64,000 bases of DNA, taken from Eledone cirrhosa (Eukaryota). Position 1 is the first letter of the stretch; each line of letters begins with the position of its first letter. Made by a program: the position numbers and the translations under genes. The stretch is taken from contig OZ024764.1 in the NCBI GenBank assembly GCA_964016885.1, forward strand, positions 15,066,001 through 15,130,000, written 5' to 3'. The notes below the pieces were generated by a model. It saw only the letters and a list, made by a program, of their open reading frames with translations. It was not told the origin of the DNA and did not search any database. This document shows, one piece after another, positions 24,686-36,348 of the stretch.

Positions 24686-25349
24686 AAATGATTTAGGGTT
24701 TGTAAAAATATATATAACTACAAAAGGTTTTTGTATTTGCATAACCATAAATAGTATCCTTAATACTATATATATATATATATATGTAGATAAATCTACC
24801 AAGAGTTTACGGTAGTGTCCAATCCGTATGAAGAACTCAATGTATTCCGGATATCATGGAAAGAAGAGATGCAATGAAAAATCACTTTCGGTGAAAGATA
24901 AACGGAATACAGAGTCAAGAACACACACACTTTGATTACTTGTACAAATAATATTGATTAGAATGCTGTTGAAGTGTATATACATTTTTTGGGACACCCT
25001 GTATATATAGAGATAGATAGATAGATAGATAGATAAATTGATAGCTAATTGCTATATATTATACACAGCCTAGAAGTATGTTGAAATCAATTATATTAAT
25101 TATATATAAATTGATAGTTAATTGATAATAACAAACTAAACTGATGAAGTTTATATATATATATATATAAATATATATATATATATTAATGCAAGCAGGG
25201 AAAAGCTGACGTAAAATGATGATATATATCTATATATATAGATATATATACGCTAAAAGCACATTTCAATAATTGATTTCAGTAAAAAAATATATGGAAC
25301 ACTTTAAGTTTAAATTCAAATTAAATCTATATTAGATTAAATAGACACA

Positions 25350-25740
25350 TCATCATCATCATCATCATCATCATCAACGTTTAACGTCCGTGTTCCACGC
25401 TTGCATGGGTTTGGACGGGGGTAGTCCCACTTGAGGCAAGAGTGATTGTCTTGCTCGCATAGGACTGTCTGGCAGGTTTTCTACAGTTGGATGCCCTTCC
25501 TAACACCAACCACATTTACAGTGTGGGACTGGGAGGTTTTTACCGTGTTGCCTACACGGCCACATTACAGCGTGGACTGTGTGTTTTTTTGTCGTGACAC
25601 CTACACGATCTCATTTGTTTCGGCCTCGATGGCGCGGCACCAACATAACTTTACATAGAACGGGGTGGTGTGGATGGGGTGGGGGTGGGACGGGGTGTAT
25701 TTTGTTAGAGATGCCTACTGGCTGGAGTAGGTTTTACTAT
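25350..25740 (-). mobile_element. RTE-tailed short retroelement; other copies at 13180-13390, 23878-24235, 42756-42996, 46850-47455 and 48912-49520
   Basis: (CAT)n tail, ttaacgtccgtgttccacgcttgcatggg, and the ctggatgcccttcctaacaccaacc core. Confidence 0.75.
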
Positions 25741-25750
25741 ATATTAAAAA

Positions 25751-25792
<42 letters not shown>

Positions 25793-26269
25793 ATGTATGT
25801 ATATATATATATATATTATGTACATATATATATGTATGTATATATATATATATATATACATATGTACATATATATGTGTGTGTATGTGTATATATATATA
25901 TTCCCAAGATCTAACTCAACATTCTCTTCATCTTTAGCTCCTTCTATATACACTCTACACTCAAATAGCTGTCATATTATATAGTAATCCCTTCACACCC
26001 TGATATTTTCAATGTACTCACCCAGTGCCTCTCATAGATTTAATGGAGTTTACTCCAACACCCTTCCTTCATACTACACATGGCTGCCTCCCTGTTCTTT
26101 CCACCTCTTACAAAATACTTACCTGCTTGCCATTACCTTTGTCGATAAAATAAAGTACCTGTAATCCACTGGGGTAATTGCTGGCCTTGTTTCCAAAAGT
26201 AGAAACAAATATTTACCTTCATACCTTTTGTCTTCTCCCTACAGTCTTCCTACATGTTCTTCTCTCCCT

Positions 26270-26600
26270 CAGTTCAACCACACACTCTGCTATTATTGGT
26301 AGATACCCACAAGATTATTAACCATCTTGCCAACAACAACCCTGAGCAACTTTTTAAATTCCATGTGTCTAACACCCGTGGGCATGCTTACAAAGTCAGA
26401 AAACAGCGCAGCTCCCATGACTTTCGGAAACATTTTTTCACGCTCAGTTGCTGAAGCATGGAACAAACTACCTGCATCAGTTGTTAGCTGCTGAGACACA
26501 GCATCCTTTAAAACTTCCATGCTTCCTGAAATTTGCCAACACTACACCTGATATTCCCCCTCCATACACATGCACACATGTGTCTGTGTGTATATCACTT
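26270..26600 (+). mobile_element. CR1-like LINE 3' fragment
   Basis: THKIINH...NTRGHAYKVRKQ...FRKHFFT...WNKLPASVV, the typical CR1 ORF2 C-terminus. Confidence 0.85.
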
Positions 26601-26619
26601 TCCTGACTGGTTAATGTCA

Positions 26620-27155
26620 GTTTGAACAGAGAGAGGTGAGAGAATTCTGGCCAGTTACAGCTGGTTTAAACAGAAAGAGGTGAGAGAATTCTGGCCAGTT
26701 ACAGCTGGTTTATACAGAAAGAGGTGAGAGAATTCTGACCGGTTACAGCTGGTTTAAACAGAAAGAGGTGAGAGAATTCTGGCCAGTTACAGCTGGTTTA
26801 AACAGAAAGAGGTAAGAGAATTCTGGCTGGTTACAGCTGGTTTAAACAGAAAGAGGTAAGAGAATTCTGGCTGGTTACAGCTGGTTTAAACAGAAAGAGG
26901 TGAGAGAATTCTGACCAGTTACAGCTGGTTTAAACAGAAAGAGGTGAGAGAATTCTGACCGGTTACAGCTGGTTTAAACAGAAAGAGGTAAGAGAATTCT
27001 GGCTGGTTACAGCTGGTTTAAACAGAAAGAGGTAAGAGAATTCTGGCTGGTTACAGCTGGTTTAAACAGAAAGAGGTGAGAGAATTCTGGCTGGTTACAG
27101 CTGGTTTAAACAGAAAGAAGTGAGAGAATTCTGGCTAGTTTGAGCAGAATTTAAA
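26620..27155. repeat. 44-bp minisatellite derived from the MITE subterminal sequence
   Basis: Repeated aacagaaagaggtgagagaattctggccagttacagctggttta; the same motif occurs at 4830-4880 and 5450-5500. Confidence 0.9.
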
Positions 27156-28119
27156 TATGTAACTATATGCGTCAAAACATGTTGTCCGAAGCTCTACTGA
27201 TTTCTACTGCCAATCCACCGTCCTGGTTTATGGTCATCTGCCCTGCTAAAACAGGCATTACCCTTTGCTGCAACAAAGAATTTAACAAAAGAATAAACAC
27301 AGAACACATTACAAGAATAAAAGAAGACACTTGAAGTGAAAGATAAAGTTATTAGTCTGGTAAATTTTTATAAATCTTGTTAGGAAATTTAGAAAAAAAA
27401 AATTTTTTTTTCGTTTTAATTTTTTGGTAGAATTGGGAGGGGGGGTATCTTTTCTTGTCCTTTTATATTTTTTTGTTTTTTTTTTATTTATTTAATTAAT
27501 TAATTAATTAATTGTTCCATTTCTAAATTAATATATTTCCAGCATTTCTTTTTTTTTTTTTTCAAAAAAAAAACTATTATTTTTTTTTTTTTTGTTAATT
27601 CCAAATTCCTTCATTTTGGGGGGGATTTTAATAAGAAAAATTCTTTGAGAGTTTCGTAAAACTATATTTTTTTTGTTTTGTTTGTGTGTTTTGATCTTTT
27701 TTTTATATATATTTTTGTTTTGCAAAGTATAGTTGTAAGATTTGCTTATATGTAAAGCTGCTACAACGCATAATTTCAACTAAAAAACAGATGGAATTAA
27801 AACCAAGGATGTGAGATTTCTTGAGCCAGAAAAAAAAATTTAAAGAAAAAAGAGTGGATGAGAATTAAACTTTAAGCAGTATGGTGTCTGTACTGTGTCC
27901 CTCACTCCTACGTAAACCTACGTCTTCTGAGATGTTGCTGGTGCTATGACAAAAGCTCCCAGTCCAACCTGTAAGGTGGTAGTGCTTGTGCCACGATTAA
28001 AAGCCCCCAGTCCACCCTATTAGTTGGTAGTGTTGGTATTATGACAAAAGCCCCCAGTTCACCTTGTAAGGTGATACTGCTGGTGCCAGGACAAAAGCCC
28101 CCAGTTCACCTTGTAAGGT

Positions 28120-28575
28120 GACCCTCATATGGTCATTCCATGAGAGTATCTTGGTCAGCCAGTGAACTCTTCAGCTGACCCTCATATGGTCATTCCATGA
28201 GAGTATCTTGGTCAACCAGTGAACTCTTCAGCTCACCCTCATATGGTCATTCCATGAGAGTATCTTGGTCAACCAGTGAACTCTTCAGCTCACCCTCATA
28301 TGGTCATTCCATGAGAGTATCTTGGTCAACCAGTGAACTCTTCAGCTGACCCTCATATGGTCATTCCATGAGAGTATCTTGGTCAGCCAGTGAACTCTTC
28401 AGCTGACCCTCATATGGTCATTCCATGAGAGTATCTTGGTCAACCAGTGAACTCTTCAGCTCACTCTCATATGGTCATTCCATGAGAGTATCTTGGTCAA
28501 CCAGTGAACTCTTCAGCTGACTCTCATATGGTCATTCCATGAGAGTATCTTGGTCAGCCAGTGAACTATTTTCAG
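28120..28575. repeat. 57-bp minisatellite, about 8 copies
   Basis: Repeated gaccctcatatggtcattccatgagagtatcttggtcaaccagtgaactcttcagct. Confidence 0.95.
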
Positions 28576-29264
28576 CCAACCCTCGTCTATCCCAGATATC
28601 TTTCTTTCTACCTCCAATTTTCTTAGAGTTGAACCCTTCTCTTGTAGCAGCTTTACATAAAGCAAACACACATACTTTCCTTTAAAACTCCAATCTTACA
28701 ACTTGGTTCATAAAACACTTCATTATTAATTTTTCCTCATTTTTTTTTCATAAATGAAATGTCTTTTTAATTGTTTTTATCTTCTTAAATTTATTAAATT
28801 TTAAAATTTTATTTATTGTCCTAGTTTTGTTGTTTTGTAAATTTTATTTTATTAAATTATTTTTGTATCTTTAATTTGGTGGCGTTGTTGGTGGTAGTGA
28901 TGATGGTGTTGTTGGTGGTAGTGATGGTGGTGTTGGTGGTAGTGATGTTGGTGGTGGTGTTGGTGGCGGTAGTAGTGGTGGTCGTGGTGTTGTTGGTGGT
29001 AGTGATAATGGTGTTGTTGGTGGTGGTGGTGTTATTAGTGTGTTGGTGGTAGTGGTGTTATTGGTGGTGGTTTTGTTGGTGCTGTTGGTGGTGGTGGTGG
29101 TGTTGTTAGTAGTGTTGTTGTTGCAGTAGTCTCCAAATCTGCTCTTCTAGTTAAGAATAGTAGTAGTAGTAGTAGTAGTAGTAGTAGCAGTAGTAGTAGC
29201 TGCTGTAGTAATAGCTATCTGTAATTGTAGTTGTTGTTGTTGTTGTTGTTGTTGTTGTAGTTGT

Positions 29265-29363
29265 TCAGAGATCCGAGATTTCCAGTGTCTCAATCTTGAC
29301 AATTCCTCGTTTTGCCTCAGCCCTGTATTTTGCCAGATCTTTCCTGGTCACTATCCCTGTTAC
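29265..29363 (-). CDS. CLCN7: CLCN7-like last coding exon S
   Basis: [32 protein letters not shown] then stop (TGA). Confidence 0.95.
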   Translation of the reverse strand, partial: VTGIVTRKDLAKYRAEAKRGIVKIETLEISDL

Positions 29364-29391
29364 CTGCAAATAAACAACAACAACAACAACG

Positions 29392-29424
<33 letters not shown>

Positions 29425-32400
29425 GTAATAGTAATAGTAATTATTTCTACTTTTGGCACAAGGCCAGCAATTAGCCCAGTGTATTACTGGTACTTTATTT
29501 TATCGACCCCTGTAAGGGTGAAAGGCAAAGTTAACCTCGCCGGGATTTGAACTCAGACCATAAAGGGCCGTAACTCTTTGCTACAAAGCATGGCGTCCGA
29601 CTCTCTACCGATACTGCCAATCCACTTTAATACTAATTAATATTAATCAATAATTAAACAAGTTCTTAAGAAGATGTCTGTGTGTCCCCAAAAATACAAA
29701 TCATCAAAACCCCTAAATTTTCTTTTTCCTTTCCAGGTTCCTACAAAGTGACCACCTTACTTAACCTTGGTGGGATTTGAACTCAAACCACAAAATAATA
29801 ATTGTTTCTACTTTTGGCACAAGGCCAGCACTTAGCCCAGTGTATTACTGGTACTTTATTTTATTGACCCCCGTAAGGATGAAAGGTAAAGTTAACCTTG
29901 GTGGGATTTGAACTCAAACCGCAAAATAATAATTGTTTCTACTTTTGGCACAAGGCCAGCACTTAGCCCAGTGTATTACTGGTACTTTATTTTATCGACC
30001 CCCGTAAGGGTGAAAGGCAAAGTTAACCTCGGCGGGATTTGAACTCAGACCATAAAGGGCCGTAACTCTTTGCTGCAAAGCATGGCGTCCGACCGTCTAC
30101 CGATTACTGCCAATCCACGTAAATTAATAATAGTTGTTCTTACATCATTCTTATCGTTGACAATGATCAAATGTCGAAGTCCGAGACCCCGGAAGAGACG
30201 AAATAATCTCGGCAGCGAACATGACTGTAAAAGAGGGGGAAATATACATTATATATAATAACAGTTTCTGGTTTAGACACAAAGCCCTAGAAATCATGCT
30301 AAAAACAGAAAGAAAGAAAAGTTAAGAGCTCCCAGTCATGACTCTACAGCATCCCTAGTGCTAGTGTGACAGAAAATACACCCGGTACACTCTGTAAAGT
30401 TGCTGGTGATAGAAAAGGCATCCAGCTATAGACTACATGCCAAGTAAAGGGGTTGAATACTTTTCTGTTGGTTTTAAAGACACAAAGGAACCCTCTAGTG
30501 TTGGTTTCACAATAGAATACACCCGGTACACTCTGTAAAGTTGCTGGTGATAGAAAAGGCATCCAGCTATAGACTACATGCCAAGTAAAGGGGTTGAATA
30601 CTTTTCTGTTGGTTTTAAAGACACAAAGGAACCCTCTAGTGTTGGTTTCACAATAGAATACACCCGGTACACTCTGTAAAGTTGCTGGTGATAGAAAAGG
30701 CATCCAGCTATAGACTACATGCTAAGTAAAGGGGTTGAATACTTTTCTGTTGGTTTTAAAGACACAAAGGAACCCTCTAGTGTTGGTTTCACAATAGAAT
30801 ACACCCGGTACACTCTGTAAAGTTGCTGGTGATAGAAAAGGCATCCAGCTATAGACTACATGCCAAGTAAAGGGGTTGAATACTTTTCTGTTGGTTTTAA
30901 AGACACAAAGGAACCCTCTAGTGTTGGTTTCACAATAGAATACACCCGGTACACTCTGTAAAGTGGCTGGTGATAGAAAAGGCATCCAGCTATAGACTAC
31001 ATGCCAAGTAAAGGGGTTGAATACTTTTCTGTTGGTTTTAAAGACACAAAGGAACCCTCTAGTGTTGGTTTCACAATAGAATACACCCGGTACACTCTGT
31101 AAAGTGGCTGGTGATAGAAAAGGCATCCAGCTATAGACTACATGCCAAGTAAAGGGGTTGAATACTTTTCTGTTGGTTTTAAAGACACAAAGGAACCCTC
31201 TAGTGTTGGTTTCACAATAGAATACACCCGGTACACTCTGTAAAGTGGCTGGTGATAGAAAAGGCATCCAGCTATAGACTACATGCCAAGTAAAGGGGTT
31301 GAATACTTTTCTGTTGGTTTTAAAGACACAAAGGAACCCTCTAGTGTTGGTTTCACAATAGAATACACCCGGTACACTCTGTAAAGTGGCTGGTGATTGA
31401 AAAGGCCATCTAGCTGTAGTCTCCATGCAAACAAAGGGTCGAATACACTCTTCTATTGTGTGAAGGGGCATGGCTTAATGGTTAGAGCATTGGCCTTGCA
31501 ATCGAAAGGTTGTGAGTTCAATTCTCAGACCGGGTGATGTGTTGTTTCCTTGAGCAAGACACTTTAATTCACATTGGTCCAGTTTACTCAGCTGTAGAAA
31601 TGAGATGATAGGGACTAGGGTCCCTATCATTAAATTACCCAAGACACCTCCAACGAGATATACCTTGGAGGAGGCCAGCTAAACCTGCATAGGTGTGAGC
31701 TGTCACATACATACACTCACAACACTACTCTTTACTGTTGGTGGCACAATAAAATACACCCTCTACACTCTGTAAAATGGCTGGTCATAGAAAGGGCATT
31801 CATAGCACTGCAAGCCTGATTGATCAATTTTTTTTTTGGGGGGGGGGGGGGAGTTGAGGAATTATGGACGCCCAAAAGAGAGAAAAAAAATCAATAGAAT
31901 GAAACTCAATACTCACAACTCGTACAGTGAAGGGATTGTGGGCCATATATTTTGTAATGTCCATCACACACTCTCTATCACTGGCTGTTATGTTCAGGTC
32001 CTGAAACAAATATATTTAAACAATATTAACATTCAAGGAAATTCAATTAAATTGACCCCAGTGTATTACTGGTACCAGTAATGTTTATTTTATCGACCCC
32101 TGTAATATATTTAATATATTAAGTTTCTGATTTAGGTTCAAGGCCAACAATTTGAAGGGGAGAGGAAAGTCGATTAAATCTATCCCCAGTGTATTACTGG
32201 TACTTTATTTTATAGACCCTGTAAGGATGAAAGGCAAAGCTAACCCCAGCAAGATTTGAACTGAGAACGTAAAGGGCCGTAACTCTATGCTACGAAGCAT
32301 GGTGTCTGACGTTCTACTGATTACTGCAAATCTACTGCATTGCCCCGTAATGTAATTGTTTCTATTTTAGGCACAAGGCCAGCAATTATCCCAGTACATT

Positions 32401-35400
32401 ACTGGTACTTTATTTTATCGACCCCCGTAAGGATGAAAGGCAAAGTTAACCTCGGCAGGATTTGAACTCAGAATGGCAAGGGCCGTAACTCTATGCGTCA
32501 AAGCATGGCGTCCGACCCTCTACCGATACTGCCAATCCACCAATAATGATACCAATACTTCTGTACCTCGAAACATTTCCCAGTCCACCCTGTCCACCCT
32601 GTAAGGTGGTTGTGCTGGTGACACGATAAAAAGCACCCGGTTAACCTTTTCAAGTGGTTGTTTTGGTGCCAAAACAAAAAAGCACTCAGTCCACTCTGTA
32701 AGGTGGTTGTGCTGGTGACACGATAAAAAGCACCCGGTTAACCTTTTCAAGTGGTTGTTTTGGTGCCAAAACAAAAAAGCACTCAGTCCACTCTGTAAGG
32801 TGGTTGTGCTGGTGACACGATAAAAAGCACCCGGTTAACCTTTTCAAGTGGTTGTTTTGGTGCCAAAACAAAAAAGCACTCAGTCCACTCTGTAAGGTGG
32901 TTGTGCTGGTGACACGATAAAAAGCACCCGGTTAACCTTTTCAAGTGGTTGTTTTGGTGCCAAAACAAAAAAGCACTCAGTCCACTCTGTAAGGTGGTTG
33001 TGCTGGTGACACGATAAAAAGCACCCGGTTAACCTTTTCAAGTGGTTGTTTTGGTGCCAAAACAAAAAAGCACTCAGTCCACCCTGTAAGGTGGTTGTGC
33101 TGGTGACACGATAAAAAGCACCCGGTTAACCTTTTCAAGTGGTTGTTTTGGTGCCAAAACAAAAAAGCACTCAGTCCACTCTGTAAGGTGGTTGTGCTGG
33201 TGACACGATAAAAAGCACCCGGTTAACCTTTTCAAGTGGTTGTTTTGGTGCCAAAACAAAAAAGCACTCAGTCCACTCTGTAAGGTGGTTGTGCTGGTGA
33301 CACGATAAAAAGCACCCGGTTAACCTTTTCAAGTGGTTGTTTTGGTGCCAAAACAAAAAAGCACTCAGTCCACTCTGTAAGGTGGTTGTGCTGGTGACAC
33401 GATAAAAAGCACCCGGTTAACCTTTTCAAGTGGTTGTTTTGGTGCCAAAACAAAAAAGCACTCAGTCCACTCTGTAAGGTGGTTGTGCTGGTGACACGAT
33501 AAAAAGCACCCGGTTAACCTTTTCAAGTGGTTGTTTTGGTGCCAAAACAAAAAAGCACTCAGTCCACCCTGTAAGGTGGTTGTGCTGGTGACACGATAAA
33601 AAGCACCCGGTTAACCTTTTCAAGTGGTTGTTTTGGTGCCAAAACAAAAAAGCACTCAGTCCACTCTGTAAGGTGGTTGTGCTGGTGACACGATAAAAAG
33701 CACCCGGTTAACCTTTTCAAGTGGTTGTTTTGGTGCCAAAACAAAAAAGCACTCAGTCCACCCTGTAAGGTGGTTGTGCTGGTGCTATGACAAAAATGTC
33801 CGCCAGTCCATTCTATGACAAATTGAGGGTTCAAATATTTTACATAGCATATTTTGATCAAGGAATTATTAAATTAAATATAATCCTTGTTATTTTTTGA
33901 CGGGTTCTATGTTAGTATGTATATATGTATATACCATCACACACACACACTCGCATACACTCATGTCTTGTTCTCGGTACTTACTGTTATCTTATACTGT
34001 GCACTGTAGAAATCCCGGAATTTAGCACTTCGTAAACATCTCGGCTGCACGGCGCCGTTTGGTGCGAATATCTGGAATGAAATATATAACAATGTTACCT
34101 TACAGACATCTGGTCAGAATGTCTTGGAGAGAGAATTGCTGGACAGATTTTATGGGTAAAATCCAACCAGCAGGAAACTCAGGCAGCTGTAGGTAGACCC
34201 TGAGTAAGATGGTTAGATGGTTGAATTGAGAGATCACAGCTCTGATACTACAGACATGTGGTTAGAATGTCTCAGGAAAGAATCTGTGAATTGAGAGATC
34301 ACAGCTCTGATACTACAGACATTTGGTTAGAATGTCTCAGGAAAGAATCTCTGAATTGAGAGATCACAGCTCTGATACTACAGACATGTGGTTAAGAATG
34401 TCTCAGGAAAGAATCTCTGAATTGAGAGATCACAGCTCTGATACTACAGACATGTAGTTAGAATGTCTGAATTGAGAGATCACAGCTCTGATACTACAGA
34501 CATGTGGTTAGAATGTTTCAGGAAAGAATCTCTGGATTGAGAGATCACAGCTCTGATACTACAGACATTTGGTTAGAATGTCTCAGGAAAGAATCTCTGG
34601 ATTGAGAGATCACAGCTCTGATACTACAGACATGTGGTTAGAATGTCTCAGGAAAGAATCTCTGAATTGAGAGATCACAGCTCTGATACTATGGACATGT
34701 GGTTAGAATGTCTCAGGAAAGAATCTCTGAATTGAGAGATCACAGCTCTGATACTATAGACATGTAGTTAGAATGTCTGAATTGAGAGATCACAGCTCTG
34801 ATACTACAGACATGTGGTTAGAATGTCTCAGGAAAGAATCTCTGAATTGAGAGATCACAGCTCTGATACTACAGACATGTGGTTAGAATGTCTGAGGAAA
34901 GAATCTCTGAATTGAGAGATCACAGCTCTGATACTACAGACATGTGGTTAGAATGCCTCAGGAAAGAATCTCTGAATTGAGAGATCACAGCTCTGATACT
35001 ACAGACATGTGGTTAGAATGTCTGAGGAAAGAATCTGTGAATTGAGAGATCACAGCTCTGATACTACAGACATGTGGTTAGAATGTCTCAGGAAAGAATC
35101 TCTGAATTGAGAGATCACAGCTCTGATACTACAGACATGTGGTTAGAATGTCTGAGGAAAGAATCTCTGAATTGAGAGATCACAGCTCTGATACTACAGA
35201 CATGTGGTTAAGAATGTCTCTGGAAAGAATCTGGATTGAGAGATCACAGCTCTGATACTACAGACATGTGGTTAGAATACAAATGACTGAAACAGGGTTC
35301 CTCTGAAGGGTCTTTGGAGTAACGTGTAGGTGTCACAACAAAAGCACCCAGTCCACACTGTAAACGTGGTTGGCGTTAGGAAGGGCATCCAGCTGTAGAA

Positions 35401-36281
35401 ACCAAGCCAGAATCAGTTCTGTGTGAAAGAAATACGGTCCTCCAACCTGATTTCTCACAAAGGGAGAGCTCGTCCTACTCATGCTAGCGTGGAAAATGGA
35501 TGTTAAATGATGATATAATATATATACACATCAGTCTGTATACTCACCCTAAAATTTAGCAGTACCATCAGTTGAGACTTGAGAATCAGACCTTTTAATT
35601 TACCATATGTTTCCATACTTCCCTGAAAATAATAAAAATACCTAAATATATATTTATATAAATTATTATAAAATAACAGGAGGTTGGACTGGTGTAATTC
35701 CTTGAAGGTTTATTATACTATGAACATTTCACCGGATTCATACGGAACCCGGTCATTAAAATGTTCATAGTATAATAAACCTTTAAGGAATTACATCACT
35801 CCAGCCTCCTGTTATTTTATAATAATTAACTCCATACTCGCACCACCGACAACAACAGAAACGAAGACGGGTGAGTTGCATTCTGTCGAGTGCGCTCGCT
35901 AATATTACATCAAGGTTGACCATACGGAATGACCAGTTCTATCCAGTGGTGAACCAACAAACCTAAATGTATATATTTATATATATATAATGGAGGCACA
36001 TGGCTTAGTGGTTAGAGCATTGGGCGATGTGTTGTTTCCTTGAGCAAGGCACTTTATTTCACATTGCTCCAGTTTACTCAGCTGTAGAAATGAGATGATA
36101 GGACTGGGGCCCCTATCATTCCACTGCAAAGTGGTCGTGTAGGTGCCACGGCAAAAAAGCACCCAGCACTCACTGTAAATGAGGTTGGTGTTAGGAAGGG
36201 CATCCAGCTGTAGAAATCAAGCCAGAATCAGTTCCTGTCCCACCCTTGCAAGCAGGGAAAAGTGGACGTAAAATGAAATGA

Positions 36282-36348
<67 letters not shown>

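Larger units (their letters stand above)
22858..25001. mobile_element. Pair of ~45-bp Tc1/mariner-like terminal inverted repeats
   Basis: cagtgtgtccccaaaaatgtatacactcttcaacagcattctaat at 22858 and its reverse complement ending at 25001, followed by TA. Confidence 0.55.

Noticed and set aside
29700-29763. Plus-strand acceptor plus GSYKVTT as an exon of a second CLC gene
   Set aside because: Only 27 nt of exon, no donor, and it runs into a SINE; it is the inverted copy of exon K.
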